64,000 nucleotides of DNA from Podarcis muralis (taxonomy: Eukaryota), in the NCBI RefSeq assembly GCF_964188315.1, contig NC_135667.1:11346001-11410000 (forward strand). The letters are read 5' to 3'. The notes beneath the pieces were generated by a model that saw only the letters and a list, made by a program, of their open reading frames with translations, ran no database searches and had not been told where the DNA came from. The number at the start of each line of letters is the position of its first letter. Positions within the stretch are counted from its first letter, which is position 1. A program made the translations under genes and the position numbers. Below, one piece after another: positions 25,001 to 37,900 of this stretch.

Positions 25001-28000
25001 ATGAGCTGAGCTACCTTCATTACGTTGAGAGCAAATGACAACCACATAAGAGATGTACTTTCTCCGTATACAACAACTGTGTTTGCTGCGCTTCTCATGA
25101 AAGCTGGGAAAACAAAACTTGTGTCACGCACCACATCAAGTATGTTACCAGTGAAACGTAGATGGTATTCAACTCTTTCTGTGAATGCTGAACAGATCCC
25201 ATTTTTGAAAAACATTGGTTCAATGGTATTCAAGAAACGTTCTCCAGCTTCGTTAGCAGGAGTGATGAGCCCAACCCATTTCCATCCAAAATGCAGAAGT
25301 AATTGGATAAGTCCCTGATACTGAAGTCCTTCATTAGGAACCATGTGGTAAAAGGAAGGGAGCTTAATTTGATTATTTGTGGCTGCTTCAAATGAGCCAT
25401 ACGAAGTCTGTAAAAGGAAAAGCCCAAGCATTCTGAGTGAAAGAATTCATAACAAACCTATTTATCCCATAGATCTCCAATATACTGATTTTATGGAAAA
25501 CACCCACCCACCCTTACATAAAAAATAAAAACACAGTCTTGCTCATTCCCCTGCCCTGTAGATATTAATTCCCATTATTGCGGAATCAAAGCAGATTCCT
25601 ACCTGTAGATGTTACTTGACTTCAAGTATAGGAGAGCATTTACTCTTTTTTAATTTGCTGCTTTCTGCACCACAAAATTAAAAAGCAGTAAAATACAAAA
25701 ATACCATATCAATCACATCCAGCAAAAAACAAAAGAACTAAAATGAAATTAAACAATACAGAACACCATATAATACTGGCACTGCTAGAAGTGTCTCCCA
25801 AATGCTGAATGACAGAGCAGTAACTAGAAAACATGGTTTTCAATTAGCCGTTGAACGTGAACATTTTGCAGAAACAGCATAGTTCCCAGAAAAAGAATTT
25901 CCCAATTCTTATGGAAAGCATTCCTAGTTAACATGTCCTGATCTTACATGATCCACTGATAATATGTTCCAAGGATGTTATATGTTCCCATCTGGATATC
26001 CCATTTCCCAACCTGGCACCTTTGAAGCAATTTCCCTTACATGTATTAAGCACATGTCCTTTGTAACCTTGCCCCTGTCAGGCAGATTGTTGGAGACCGA
26101 ATGCTATAACAGCAACAAACCCATACATTTCAGTCCCCTTCACTTGTCCCTGTTATAACACTCCAAATTTATGAATCAATATACTCCTGCTGGAAAGAGA
26201 GCTGGAGAGTGAATTATGGTGTGAAATCTCAATTTTTTGATAACCATAATATTCCCACCTGTGGAATTTTGTAAAGACCCAAGATGTCTGCCATACACGA
26301 GGTGACCTCAGAGCTCAGTCCCCCAATGACTCCTATTACATTTTCCTGGTAGCCACATTTGTAGTTTGGGACAAAAGTATATGAGTTAAACAGCAGATCC
26401 AGAGTGGTGCGGTAGGTCATCTTAGCATCATAGTAGCTGTCATAGATGTGGAACCCAAGCGTGACATTGGGCAAGACCTTGGGATCCCCATTGATCTCAT
26501 CAATCGCAAACACCAGGGCGAGGATGTGCTGGAAGAACTTTGATAACACGCTGTGAATAAAGTGGCATTATTTCATGGGAAAATAAAATAGTGCACAAAA
26601 TCTAGATCTGAGACTTTTGGGATATAGAAAAACTATAAAGACTATATTCTTTCCTATGAGCCATAGACATGACCAGTTTATTTTTCACATTTTCTCCACC
26701 TTTCAGCAATGAAACATAGGCTGGCTTTCTCTGTTCTCTTTGCTCCCCGTGAATCCTCACGACATTCCCTTGGCTGGAGTTGACCCAGAGAATGGAGATT
26801 GGAAGCTGTATTTCCCTAGTGTTAGTCTGCTATGCAACTAGAATGCAGGTGGTGTAAATGTCTGTCTGAAACAGGTCCATCAAACGTGTGAGGTAACATT
26901 AGCTCACCAACCACATGGCGGCGGCGAAGAATGCTTACATGGTGGCAGAGCTTTTATGAGTGGTGAATGGGTATCTGTCATCTGACCAAGTTGTGGATCG
27001 AGGGCCCGACCCCCGCTATGTGAAATAAATACACAAGGACACGTGATATAAGGTTAATGGACAAGGAAAGGCCACAACTTTATTGATTACAGCAGTGAAA
27101 AGGTATTGGCTTAGGCATTGGATGACTATAGGAGGTGGGTTTATTCAACAGTAGGTGGAGCCTGTTGATGCCAATCCAACTATAGGCTCACCCCCTGATG
27201 TCACCGAGGGTCGTGCCATGGCCTCCCGCCAAGCAGGCATCGGACGGAATACACGACCGCCAGATTCCTTTAACGGAATAACCCACGGTAGATAGCATAG
27301 GCGATGGCCACACCTAGCCCTTGACACAGCACAACACATGAATCCAATGCCTAACCTACCCACCAATACCACAAAAGTTGTGACGATTGCTACGAGGTAG
27401 GCGAAAAAACCAAAAAGCCTAATGCCAAATGGAAAAATTCCTACCAGGCCCCCCAGACAACCGGGGCGACCAACCTAAGGTCCATAGCAAGGCCAAAAAA
27501 CCTAGACCCTGAGCTAAATGGGAGTGGAGGGTGGGTGACTCACTGAGGGACGACGACGAATGAGGAGGAGGCGGAGCTGGCACCACAGCATTAAGCTGCT
27601 ACACACGCCCCCCGGAGGCACCTGGTTGGCTGCCTCCGGTGGGCGTGGGCGCCAGCCAGGTAAGGAGGGGAGGGGGCTAAGGCTCGGTCTCCCGCCCACA
27701 ACCACTCCCCTCTCTTCCAGGGAGGAGAGTCTTTATCATTTCTCTGGCATCAGTAATGGTGCATGAATGAGCTATCCCAGGAGCTCATTCCTGGTCAGTC
27801 AGCACCAATTCAAACACCATAGATTTATAAGTAAAATTAAGACTTACTTTTTTTTGCCCAAATTCAAATCACTTCACTCATTGAATTTCAGTTGTCATTT
27901 TACTGCTCGTACATCCAGTTTGGAAAGATACATTTGGAGCTCTTTGCAATCCATTTTTGTTATAACCAATCTGAACAATTTGGTCACATCAACAAACTCG

Positions 28001-28501
28001 ACTGCTTCACTTCTTCAGTTTTTATGCCACCCGCCTTCTCCTTCTCTTACTCAATTCTCTCTTTGCAGAATTGAATCACTAAATCTTAAGGATTCCTAAT
28101 GTCCAAGTGAGAGTGTAGACGTGACTTGTATGCTCAGATGTTTCTCATACACTCTATCAAATCTTTCAAGGCTGTCAAATCAATGCAGTTCTAAAACTAT
28201 TCATTCAAAGCAAAGTATATTTCAGTCAAGTATTAGAATGTAAAGCATGAATGAAATAATATTAAGAGCTGTTTACTTACATTGGTCTGTCAATCAAGAC
28301 TTCAGAGGGGTGTATATTAAATAAAAAATTGGGGAGGATGTAGCGGATATGAGATGCAATCCCACCAATGAGAGGGTCACCTGGCTCATACCACTCATGT
28401 GGAATAGGTACAGGATTAGTTGTGGTAAAATGAGCACTATGCACTCGGCACACCATGTTGGGGAAGAGCAAGAGAAACAGCAGCAGGAAGGTTCTACACA
28501 T
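16075..28501 (-). CDS. V2R gene B, vomeronasal type-2 receptor (class C GPCR), intact, 886 aa
   Basis: Exons (all GT-AG): e1 28501-28281 (221), e2 26550-26259 (292), e3 25407-24520 (888), e4 18909-18682 (228), e5 17684-17558 (127), e6 16979-16075 (905); 2661 nt, no internal stop on manual translation. Confidence 0.93.
17985..18152 (+). mobile_element. L2-type 3' UTR/tail fragment
   Basis: gtaagccgctctgag...gggcggggtataaataaaaa...(TTA)n resembles the tail at 645-724. Confidence 0.6.
20169..24225 (+). mobile_element. 5'-truncated RTE-X-like LINE interrupted by a nested RTE element
   Basis: Outer TSD agcttatgg (20160-20168 and 24226-24234), single in gene A at ~7863. ORF 23620-23976 ([21 protein letters not shown]...[13 protein letters not shown]) has an RTE-X-like C-terminus; the element ends aataaacattgattg. 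Clade assignment is from motif memory. Confidence 0.65.
20221..23343 (+). mobile_element. RTE-clade LINE with 5' UTR, degraded and internally deleted
   Basis: AP endonuclease motifs ([26 protein letters not shown]; 20960-21379) and RT pieces ([19 protein letters not shown]; 22107-22367), a (GAA)n tail, and a 12-bp TSD gcaataatacga (20209-20220 and 23344-23355). The N-terminal part of RT is missing near 22088. Confidence 0.88.
26975..27760 (-). mobile_element. LTR-like GC-rich insertion in gene B intron 1 (boundaries uncertain)
   Basis: Absent from gene A; minus-strand AATAAA (caataaagttgtgg at ~27075-27088) and a U5-like GT-rich stretch; no TSD found. Confidence 0.4.
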
Positions 28502-28839
28502 GGACTCTTCTTTGCCTCTCTACAATATCATTATTATCAGCAGCCTGATTTGAACAGCATGGATTTGGAGGCAGCAGACTCTGCCAGTTCAGTGCTTAAA
28601 GGGACATGCATGCATCTTATCATTAAACACTGTTGCAAAGACCTGCCTTGAATGGTAAATAAGATGCAGTGATTTAAAACTTGACCTATATAGTCACAGA
28701 GCCTGGCCTCTGTAACCTGCATTATTCTAACTGCCTATGGAAGACTGGGATACTGTAAATATTTCGGACTTTCTTGTTGATTCTCCCCCCACATTCTGCC
28801 TTTCAGAGTTTTGGCTAGGTGAATTAATTATTGTAATTT

Positions 28840-28917
28840 TAATAATTACAGGGGAGACCATCCCTTTTTGCAATTTTTAAAGGACTCCATGGTGCTTCCA
28901 GAACTGCCAAGTAAACA
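28840..28917 (-). promoter_or_regulatory. Conserved upstream block, gene B
   Basis: taataattacaggggagac (28840-28858) and gtaaaca (28911-28917). Confidence 0.5.
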
Positions 28918-29372
28918 TATTTATTACCTCAGTGAGTTATAGATTAGGAATGGTTCTCCAAAGTCATCTAGTCCAACCTTCTTGCTGATACAATACATCC
29001 ATAGTTATGAAACAATTGATAGACAGGCACCAGCCATTTCCCTAAAAACCCCTCTATCAAAATACAGTATTTTTTAGAGATCAACCAGCCCTAGCCTTCC
29101 CCCAGTTTGCTAATTTGCTACTACTGGGGCTCCTGTACTCTCTCATGTATGCTCAGTAACTTTGTTGGGACACTATTGCTACCCCACTAACTGGATCTTG
29201 GGAACAGTGGTGGAACTGTTCCAGAGCGTAGGGACCCTGGGAAATGAAGTAAACCATGACACCTAGCCACTTTAGAAACAATACATTTTTATTGTCTGAG
29301 GCAATCTGGTACGCATGGGAACCTCTCTGGCAGTGCACTCACTACTGATGGGTGGTCCCAGTGTGTGGTCCC

Positions 29373-29619
29373 AGCCAGTGTGGTGTAGTGGTTAAGAGCG
29401 GTAGTCTGCTAATCTGGGGAACCGGGTTCGCGTCTCCGCTCCTCCACTTGCAGCTGCTGGGTGACCTTGGGCCAGTCACACTTCCTCGAAGTCTCTCAGC
29501 CCCACTCACCTCACAGAGTGTTTGTTGTGGGGGAGGAAGGGAAAGGAGAATGTTAGCCGCTTTGAGACTCCTTAAAGGGAGTGAAAGGCGGGATATCAAA
29601 TCCAAACTCTTCTTCTTCT
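29373..29619 (+). mobile_element. Squam3-type (Ther1/MIR-derived) tRNA SINE
   Basis: A box tggtgtagtgg, B box gggttcgcgtc, CORE-like gctgggtgaccttgggccagtcac, (CTT)n tail. Confidence 0.8.
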
Positions 29620-30029
29620 AATAGTGAATGAAATGTGCTCCAGGTCTTGCTGAACTGCAGCTCCCATCATCCACCCATTTACATCCATTTCTTAAATGAT
29701 TCAGTATATTTAAAGGACATGGTTGGATTGGTGATTAACACAGTGCAATTTCTTTATGGGCTTCTTTGATGTCATAAAAGGCACCTTGAGAGTGTCAGTG
29801 GACAAGCAATGTGGGTCCTTATTGCTGGATTCTCATCATACTTGGGTACTTTCCTGAACAAAAAGTGAATGTATTTATTGCCAGACTGGCTCCGTTCAAC
29901 TGCCTTTAACTTCTGTAGCTTCTGGAGTGGCACAGCCAACTGTAGGCACTGGTTTGGTTGCTAGTGCAATTCGGCACAGGATGAATAACAAGGCCTCAGG
30001 CAAAATTAAACTAGAATTCAATATGCTTT

Positions 30030-30327
30030 ACTAAAAATTTCATTTTCATTTTTTTCATTAGGTTTTCACATAATACATTTTAAGAACACCATATGTTAAC
30101 CATTCTTATTTTTCTGGTTTTTTCCTGTGACTTCCCATATCACTCAATAAGACGTTATATCTCCATTCTCTGTACTGTCCATTCGTTTCTAACATTACAC
30201 AAAGTATAAAATATAAGCCTAAAAATAACATATTCTTGTTGTTCTGTTACTCAAGATATAAATCCATCTCATATTGGACAAGAATCAAAGTATTTTCTTA
30301 AGGAATCCAAAAATGGTTTCCATTCTT
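30030..30327 (-). mobile_element. L1 3' end (last ORF2 codons plus 3' UTR)
   Basis: The minus strand encodes FVEEWKPFLDSLRKYF..., resembling the terminal WKPF motif of reptile/fish L1 ORF2, followed by an AT-rich UTR. Confidence 0.65.
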
Positions 30328-30715
30328 CTACAAACATCTCATTGGTCCGCTCACCTTCTGCAGTGGGCGGTGTTGCGGCCAGACATCCAGGACCTTTAGT
30401 GACCTGGCTGTGGGGCGGAGGGATGCCGCCCGGATCATTCTGACTCCCGGCTGTGTCAGGCCCCCGGCTGTCCAATCAGCACAACCGGGGGCAAGGCTGT
30501 AGGCTGTTTAAACGATGGCGTGGCTCGGGGACACCCTCCTGTTCACCTCCTCACAGGATCTCCCAGCCCACCCTTCCTCTTTTCATGCATTGCTATAGCA
30601 GCGATCTTGTTATAGACAAAAGGGCTCCCCCTACTGGTGTTTTAAGGGGAAAGTTTGACTCTCCTTTGTATTTTTACTCGTTGGGAAAGAAGTAATCATC
30701 CAAAAAGCAGATAGG

Positions 30716-31168
30716 TGTAAAGGTGGTGTTCCGTCTTTGCAGTAAAACTCCAACACACACAGCATGATATTTACAGTCTTTATTACATATATACAAAGAA
30801 CAGCTGCAGTTCAAAATCATGCATCTGAACCTGTTGGGTCAGTTTCGGGGGGTGGCTTCCTTCAATTTTGGCGCCAACAAAGTAGGCATGGAAACCTCGT
30901 GATACGTCTTTGCTCTTTACTTTTCATTTCCCTCCTTGCCTGTGCTGGTGTGAAAGCCCCTCCCCCATTTTCTGACACTGAACTTCCTCCTACTGGCTCT
31001 GGTGGCTTGTAGGGCTCTTCACCATCCCTGACCCCCTGCTCCTTCTGACTACTCCCATCCCCCTGCTCTGCTTCGTGCGTCAGTTCCCTGTCTTCCTCTT
31101 CTGCCAGTTTCTGCTCAGAACCCTCCCCTGCTACTGATGAAACTGCGCGTTCTGGCTCTTCCCTGACA
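30716..31168 (-). mobile_element. Solo LTR (Gypsy-like)
   Basis: TG...CA termini (tgtaa...tgaca), perfect 5-bp TSD atagg (30711-30715 and 31169-31173), minus-strand AATAAA at ~30779-30784. Confidence 0.8.
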
Positions 31169-31784
31169 ATAGGGTGTTATCTGTTTGTGTCCCTCCGTGA
31201 GTAGAAAAGACTTCCATATGTATAGAAGTGAAGGGTCTTAGCTCACTGGCATGTTCTTTTCAAGGTTCTCACAGGACCAGTGGTCAGGGATGATGGGAGT
31301 TGTAGGCCAAAAACATCTGGGGACCCAAGGTTGAGAAAGGCTGAATTAGAGCATAGTAGTGAGCTACCTGTAGATGGGAAGAAGCATCAATCCTGTGGGG
31401 TGGGATGTCTGGCACAGAGGAGAGTCAGGTCGCATCAGGCTTTTACATTCTCCTGATGCTTGCCTAAGAACTCCCACCTCTGATCAGGAGAGTTTCAGGA
31501 GCTCTTGGGAAGATACGTGGGGGGGGGGAGCACACCTGTGGCTGCAACCGAATAAGAGGAAGGGGACATGTAGACATTCATTCACACAATGTTGGATATC
31601 ACCCACAGTTTCATTCATACACACAGTGTCAATTCATTTACACCTCATATATTACTATGCTACATATCAATAAAAGAAATGATAAGGCATTCTCTTCTGT
31701 TATTTAAATCTTTTCAGGAAATTTCATTTCTAGGAAAACCTTGGCAAAATGACAAGGCCAACAAGTCTAAATAGCCTGAATCCC

Positions 31785-31908
31785 AACAAAATGGACTCCC
31801 TTGGGAGGTAGGATGGCCATCTGTCATGGATAGTTTAGTTGAGATTCCTACATTACAGGGATTGGACTAGATGACCATTGAGGGCGGAACTCTACAGTTC
31901 TGTGATTT
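31785..31908 (+). mobile_element. CR1 LINE 3' tail fragment
   Basis: ggattggactagatgacc...ctctacagttctgtgatt resembles the CR1 3' hairpin and (ATTCTRTG) terminus. Confidence 0.6.
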
Positions 31909-31935
31909 GATGAGAAATTACAAACTATTCTGTCA

Positions 31936-34900
31936 TTACATCTTTCTCCGTATCAGCTGCTCTCTGTTATTCAGCTCAGGCCTCACCACAATGATGTAGC
32001 ATTTGGGGGAAAAGATGCAAGCCAGTAATCCAGCACTGGAAGCCAAGATGGAGAAGATCTCCACAGCCACCATATATTTTCCTCTGGTGCTCAGGTATGT
32101 GGGAATAAAGGAGAACCAAACGCTGCAGAAGACCAGCATGCTGAAGGTGATGAACTTGGCTTCATTGAAGCTGTCCGGCAACTTCCGGGCTAAGAAGGCC
32201 ACCGTGAAGCTGATACTGGCCAGGAAGCCCATGTAGCCCAAAACACAATAGAACATGAAGACTGAACCTTCATTACAAAGAAATATGATTTCTTCCGTCA
32301 TTGAGTGCATGTCCACATCTGGGAATGGGGCGGAGGTTGCCAGCCAGAAGACACAGATTCCTACTTGAACAATGGAGCAAGAAAAGACAATGGAATAAGC
32401 CAGTTTTTTGCCCACCCACTTCCTGATTTTGGAATCTGGCTTGGTAGCCATGAATGCCAAAACCACCGATATAGTTTTGGCCAAGATACTGGAGAGGGCC
32501 ACAGAGAAGATGATGCCAAAACTTGTTTGTTGGAGAAGGCAGGTTGCCTCCTTAGGTGTTCCAATGAACATCAAGGAACAGAGGAAACACAAGAGAAGGG
32601 ACACAAGGAGAATGTAAGTGAGGCTTCTATTGTTGGCTTTGACTATGGCAGTGTCTTTGTGCTTAATGAAGATGGCAAGCACAAGAATTGTGATCAGAGA
32701 GAATAAAAGTACAGAGAAAGTTGATACAATGGCCAAAGTTTCATCAAAGCCCAGGAAATTTGGTCTCTTTGAAATGCATTGATCCTGGTCTTCATTTGGA
32801 TACTGACCTGCAGGGCACCTGACACATATTTCCATCTCTGTAAATACAATGTACAAGAAAAATGAAAGAACCATGATTATGTTAAAGGATTTTATTATCA
32901 AAAGAGGGGGAGATTTTTTGAAACCATACATAATTGTGCATAATTGCCAGTCAGTAAGGGGTTAAGAGACACAGGGCTGTAAATTTTTAGAAAAGATTTT
33001 GATATCACATCTTCACTTTTCCAAGAAGGGAGGAAGTACGTATTATTTCCAGATCCCTCCCCACCCCCAACCCCCAATAATATATCAAGCCATAATATAA
33101 GCATTCTCTCTTCCAGAAATTTAAAGGCAACAAAACTGCCCAGAATTTACTAAAATAAATTGTATAGTTTGGTTTACGCTAACACGGCATCTCTCACCCT
33201 TCTCATTTGAGAACATCTCATGTGGACATGGATCACAATCATAACAGCAAAACTTCTCCCCCTCCTTCTTTCTCTTCCCATAACCAGGACGGCAGTAGGT
33301 ATTACATAATGAAAGTGGTGGTTCCTTATATAGGATATGATAAGAAAATGTTTGGGGTAAATTAATCTAACATAAGGTGATTTATTAATAAATAATGTGA
33401 AATGTATAATTCATATTTACAAAGGTGACACGTCCTTTGGAAAAAAAAAAACTTTCCCTTTTCTTCCAGTGAAATACAAATTTAATTATGTATTAAGTGA
33501 AGAACTGCTTTCTTCCCCCTCTCACACCCCATCTTATTGGATAACTATGAATGTTGCCATTTGAGAGCCAGTGCAGTTATTTTCTCACCTGAGTGAAGCC
33601 AATGTGCCATTTGATTCTGTCCGCATTGATGGCGAGCTCCTTGCCAGGAGGGGCCTGAGGATCCAGCCTCCCCACTTTGACCCTGACATATGATCCATTT
33701 CGGAAAGTGACTAAGTTTGTAATATCAAAGCCAGCTGCTAACTCTCCGTATTCATTTAATGTGATTTCATCACCAGCACTATTATTGAATGAGATCTTCT
33801 GCAGGAATGAGTGGACCTAGATGAAAAGAGAACCACAAGGTCTATAAAGGCAGGGGACGGACGGGTGTGTGTGGGACTCCCTAGTCCTGAATGGAGCAAT
33901 TGCCCCCCTAAAGGTTGGGTTGTTAAGAATTTCCCAGACATATCCAGAATACTGCAGTCGGAGGTGCAGATAAATTCTGTGATACAGGTTACTGCAGCAG
34001 CTCCATCTCTACCTATGTTTCCTTGATTCTACATACACCAAGAGATAGCACTCCAGGCCTTCTCCTTAAACGTCACTGCTAAATGCCCCTGTTTGCAAGT
34101 CCTGTTCATGAACTTCTGCTTATGAGCTGCAAAAGAGACTGCAAGCAGTTAAGCAGAACTGAGTAGAAGTGCTTGTTTTCTTATCCATCGCTGTCACTCA
34201 GACCTTCTCCCCACCTCCCTCTGTGGTTTTTTTGTGGTATGTTGTATATTGGGAACAAGGTTACTCTTTCAAAATTGGTAACTCCTGCTTTTGCTTTTGA
34301 GGGTGATGGCAGCAGAGAGGCTGGTTAAAGGTTTGCAAGGCTTGGGTGGTTAAGGCAGACATTTGTGTGTTGGGGAGATTGCATATTTTCTTCTTTACCT
34401 GAGTTTAATACCACAAGGCAGCCAACTGGAGGATGTGCTTGACTTTCATTTTCTTTGCCTCCTGGAATCCCTGCATTTTACTCGTTCACTGTAGCATGAC
34501 CCCCCAACCCCCATAGTCTAATAGATTGGCTCTGTGTGCTGGAGTTACCGTGGAAACCAGAAATTTCCATGGACACTGCATCTGGTTTTGATAAACTACA
34601 GAAAGTCGCAAGGGTCATTTCAGACAGTTTGACGTGCACTCGACTTGGCCAATTTGTGCAGTAGGTAAGAGGAAAAACAGACAGGCACACTTAAGCCACA
34701 AGTTTCTTAACAAAATCCGTGTCCCCAACCAAAACCTGGTTCAGATTAATGTTACTGCCCACTGCCCCTATCGTATAACAATTGTCAGTTTAATTGCCAC
34801 TTGATATTTAGGACGACCCTTAGTTCTAACTGTATAAATTGCAGCTGTTATTTGAGAGCATCTTAAAAAGCAGAGACATCACCTTGCTGACAAACGTCCG

Positions 34901-37900
34901 TATAGTTAAAGCTATGGTTTTCCCAGTAGTGATGTATGAAAGCGAGAGCTGGACCATAAAGAAGGCTGATCGCCAAAGAATTGATGCTTTTGAATTATAG
35001 TGCTGGAGGAGACTCTTGAGAGTCCCATGGACTGCAAAAAGATCAAACCTACCCATTCTTAAGGAAATCAGCCCTGAGTGCTCCCTGGAAGGACAGATCC
35101 TGAAGCTAAGGCTCCAATATTTTAGCCACCTCATGAGAAGAGAAGACGCCCTGGAAAAAGACCCTGATGTTGGGAAAGATTGAGGGCACAAGGAGAAGGG
35201 GATGACAGAGGACGAGATGGTTGGACAGTGTTCTCAAAGCTACTAACATGAGTTTGACCAAACTGCGAGAGGCAGTGGAAGGCAGGAGTGCCTGGCGTGC
35301 TCTGGTCCATGGGGTCATGAAGAGTCGGACTCGACTAAACGACCAAAAAACAACAACAAGTTCTTCAAGTAGTTGCTGTTATTTTCTTGCTTATGAAAAC
35401 ATATGTAATTTAAATTATTTTTATTCATTTTCTAATACCCATTTGGATACCACAACAAGGTTTAATTTTAGTTCTCAAGGTCCATTCTTTTATTTCTTTA
35501 CTGATAGTAAATTGCCAATTCCCATAATATAATCAAGGCAGTGCACAACACTGAACACTCTGTAAACTGAACACTTTGTAACAGGAAACCCTACCTGCCA
35601 AGGTTCCAGATTCTGATGAGAGAGTCTTTCTCCACTCTCTGCTCCTTTGTGGTCGGCTCCAACCAAATACATGAACTGTAAGGCATGTGCCAAAGCATAG
35701 ACAGCATTATAGATACTGTAGCTGTGGCCAGTCATGCTCATTTCAAAAACTGCCGCAGGAAGGCTTTCCAGCTTCTCCTCTCCGGTACATGTGCCATCTA
35801 CGTATTTTGACACAGTGGAGTTTGAAACTGAACAACGAAATGCTTCTTCCCATAAATTGTTGATAAAACCATCTCCATCTGCCCAATAAGGGTTTACTTG
35901 CTGAAGAAAACCTTGGAAGCTTTGAGTATCCTTGGAGTGGATAGCAAAGGAGATAGCACCATGGAACATTTGTAAGTTAAAGCCTAAATCTTTTTGAAAC
36001 ATATCTAATATGAAATCGATTTGAGATGTTGCAATCCATACTTTTCCTTCAGGTAACTTACTATATTCATGATATATTAGCAGATTTATCTTGATTGTCA
36101 TTGCAGCACGTGACAGCCATGAAATAGACTGACTTTCTCCATATATAATAACAGCAGTCGCTTTGCTCATTATGAAAGCTCGTGTGACTAGCTTTGATCT
36201 ACGCTTCATATCATCTATCATATCAAGGATGTTACTGCTGAAACGCTGATGGGACTCAATAGTTTCCGTGAATGCTGAACAGATCTGATTCTTGAAAAGC
36301 ATTGGCTCAATAGTCTGCAAGAAACGTTCTCCAGCTTCATTATCTGTGGTAATGAGCCCAACCCATTTCCATCCAAAATACAAAAGTAACTGGATAATTC
36401 CCTGATACTGAAGTCCTTCATTGGGGACCATGCGGTAAAAGGAAGAGAATTTGATTTGATTATCTGCGGCTCGTTGAAATGAACCATATGAAATCTGGAA
36501 AAAAAGGAAAGAACCAAACTGTTCAAGTGGAAGCAAGAACTCACAACACACCCATTTATCTGAATATAAATCTTCTTTAACCAAATGTACTCATTTTAGG
36601 GACAACACCAATCTCTTTACATAGAAAAATGCACACAAATAATTGTGCTTAATAATTTCTGTAGCTATTCATTCTTAATATTATTGAGTCATCGCATTTG
36701 TACACATTGATTGTCAAGTATTTGGTGCATTTATTATTGCTGGTTGTTACTGCTTTCTGCACTAAGTGGATGACTTAACAAAACTCCAATCTGGAGCTGG
36801 AGCAACAGAAACCACTGATCCTGCTCTTTTGTTCTATAATCCTTCTAGTGATGGTAGAGAGAAGTTGATACTCCATCTATTATGAACTCTCCTGAAAAGG
36901 TATTCTGGTAACTCCAGAAGATCTCCGGAAGAATATGTATGTTGTTGGTTTGTGAGCTCAATAAACCATATATCAGGAAAATACAAAAATAGGATGGCAA
37001 TCATTGCCAGCAAAAGTTAGAGCAACTAAGATGAACTCAAACGATGCAGCAGAACAGCACAAAATAGTCTTCTCAATTAACCTCTGAAAATCAACAATGC
37101 TGAGTAACATCATACATCCCCACGTAGGAAATCTCTGTAAGCCAATACTGACATCATGAATTTACATGGGTAGCTCACAAGCAGCAAGTGCAATGCTTTC
37201 AGAATTGTTGAATGCATCTAGGTGCCCTATTTACCAACCTGGTGCGGGGTGACAAGTCTCATAAAGCCAGGATGCTGAAGTCTTAATTAATGCATGGAGG
37301 GGTTAATGCTATAGAGCAAATTGTTCTGCCAGGCTGGATCCCGTCCCCCCCCACCTCGGGAGGAGGGTAATCAAGCCTATTTTTGTCCTTCAGTCTACCT
37401 GAGAAGCTTAGCATGTAGAGAGGTCTGAGTTAGCTCACATCACATGGCTCTAACAGGCCATACGAATTTAGGGACTTTGACAACTGAAACGAAGCCAAGT
37501 TACTGCCTGTGTTTTCTGACTTGGGGAAAAGGGGACTATTTTGGAACTGTCATATTTTAAAAGTCTTACAGCTTATATTTCAATGCTTTACTTTGCTGCA
37601 TGTTTTGTTGTTTTATTTCTCTGCTGGGATTCTCTCACTAAAGAGTACTTGCCCCAAACCTGCATCTTGCCATCCAGGGAATCCTCCTTTCTATATTTTA
37701 TTTTTTACCTTGCCACCAACACTTAGAACCTTTCAAGCGATCTTACATCACATGCAATGAACATGCATTCTTTGGAACCCTCTTGGACACCCCTACACAT
37801 TGTTGGTTGCCTATGTTATACCTCCCCAATATATGTGTACATTGCAGCCTCTTTTACTCTTTTCATTTCACCAGTCCATATTCAGGAAGCAGCAGATCCC

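Noticed and set aside
30269-30475. 68-aa ORF fusing GC-rich sequence to FVEEWKPFL
   Set aside because: Most likely chance read-through across the junction of a 5'-truncated L1 and neighbouring, probably LTR-derived, DNA; no second copy or other support.
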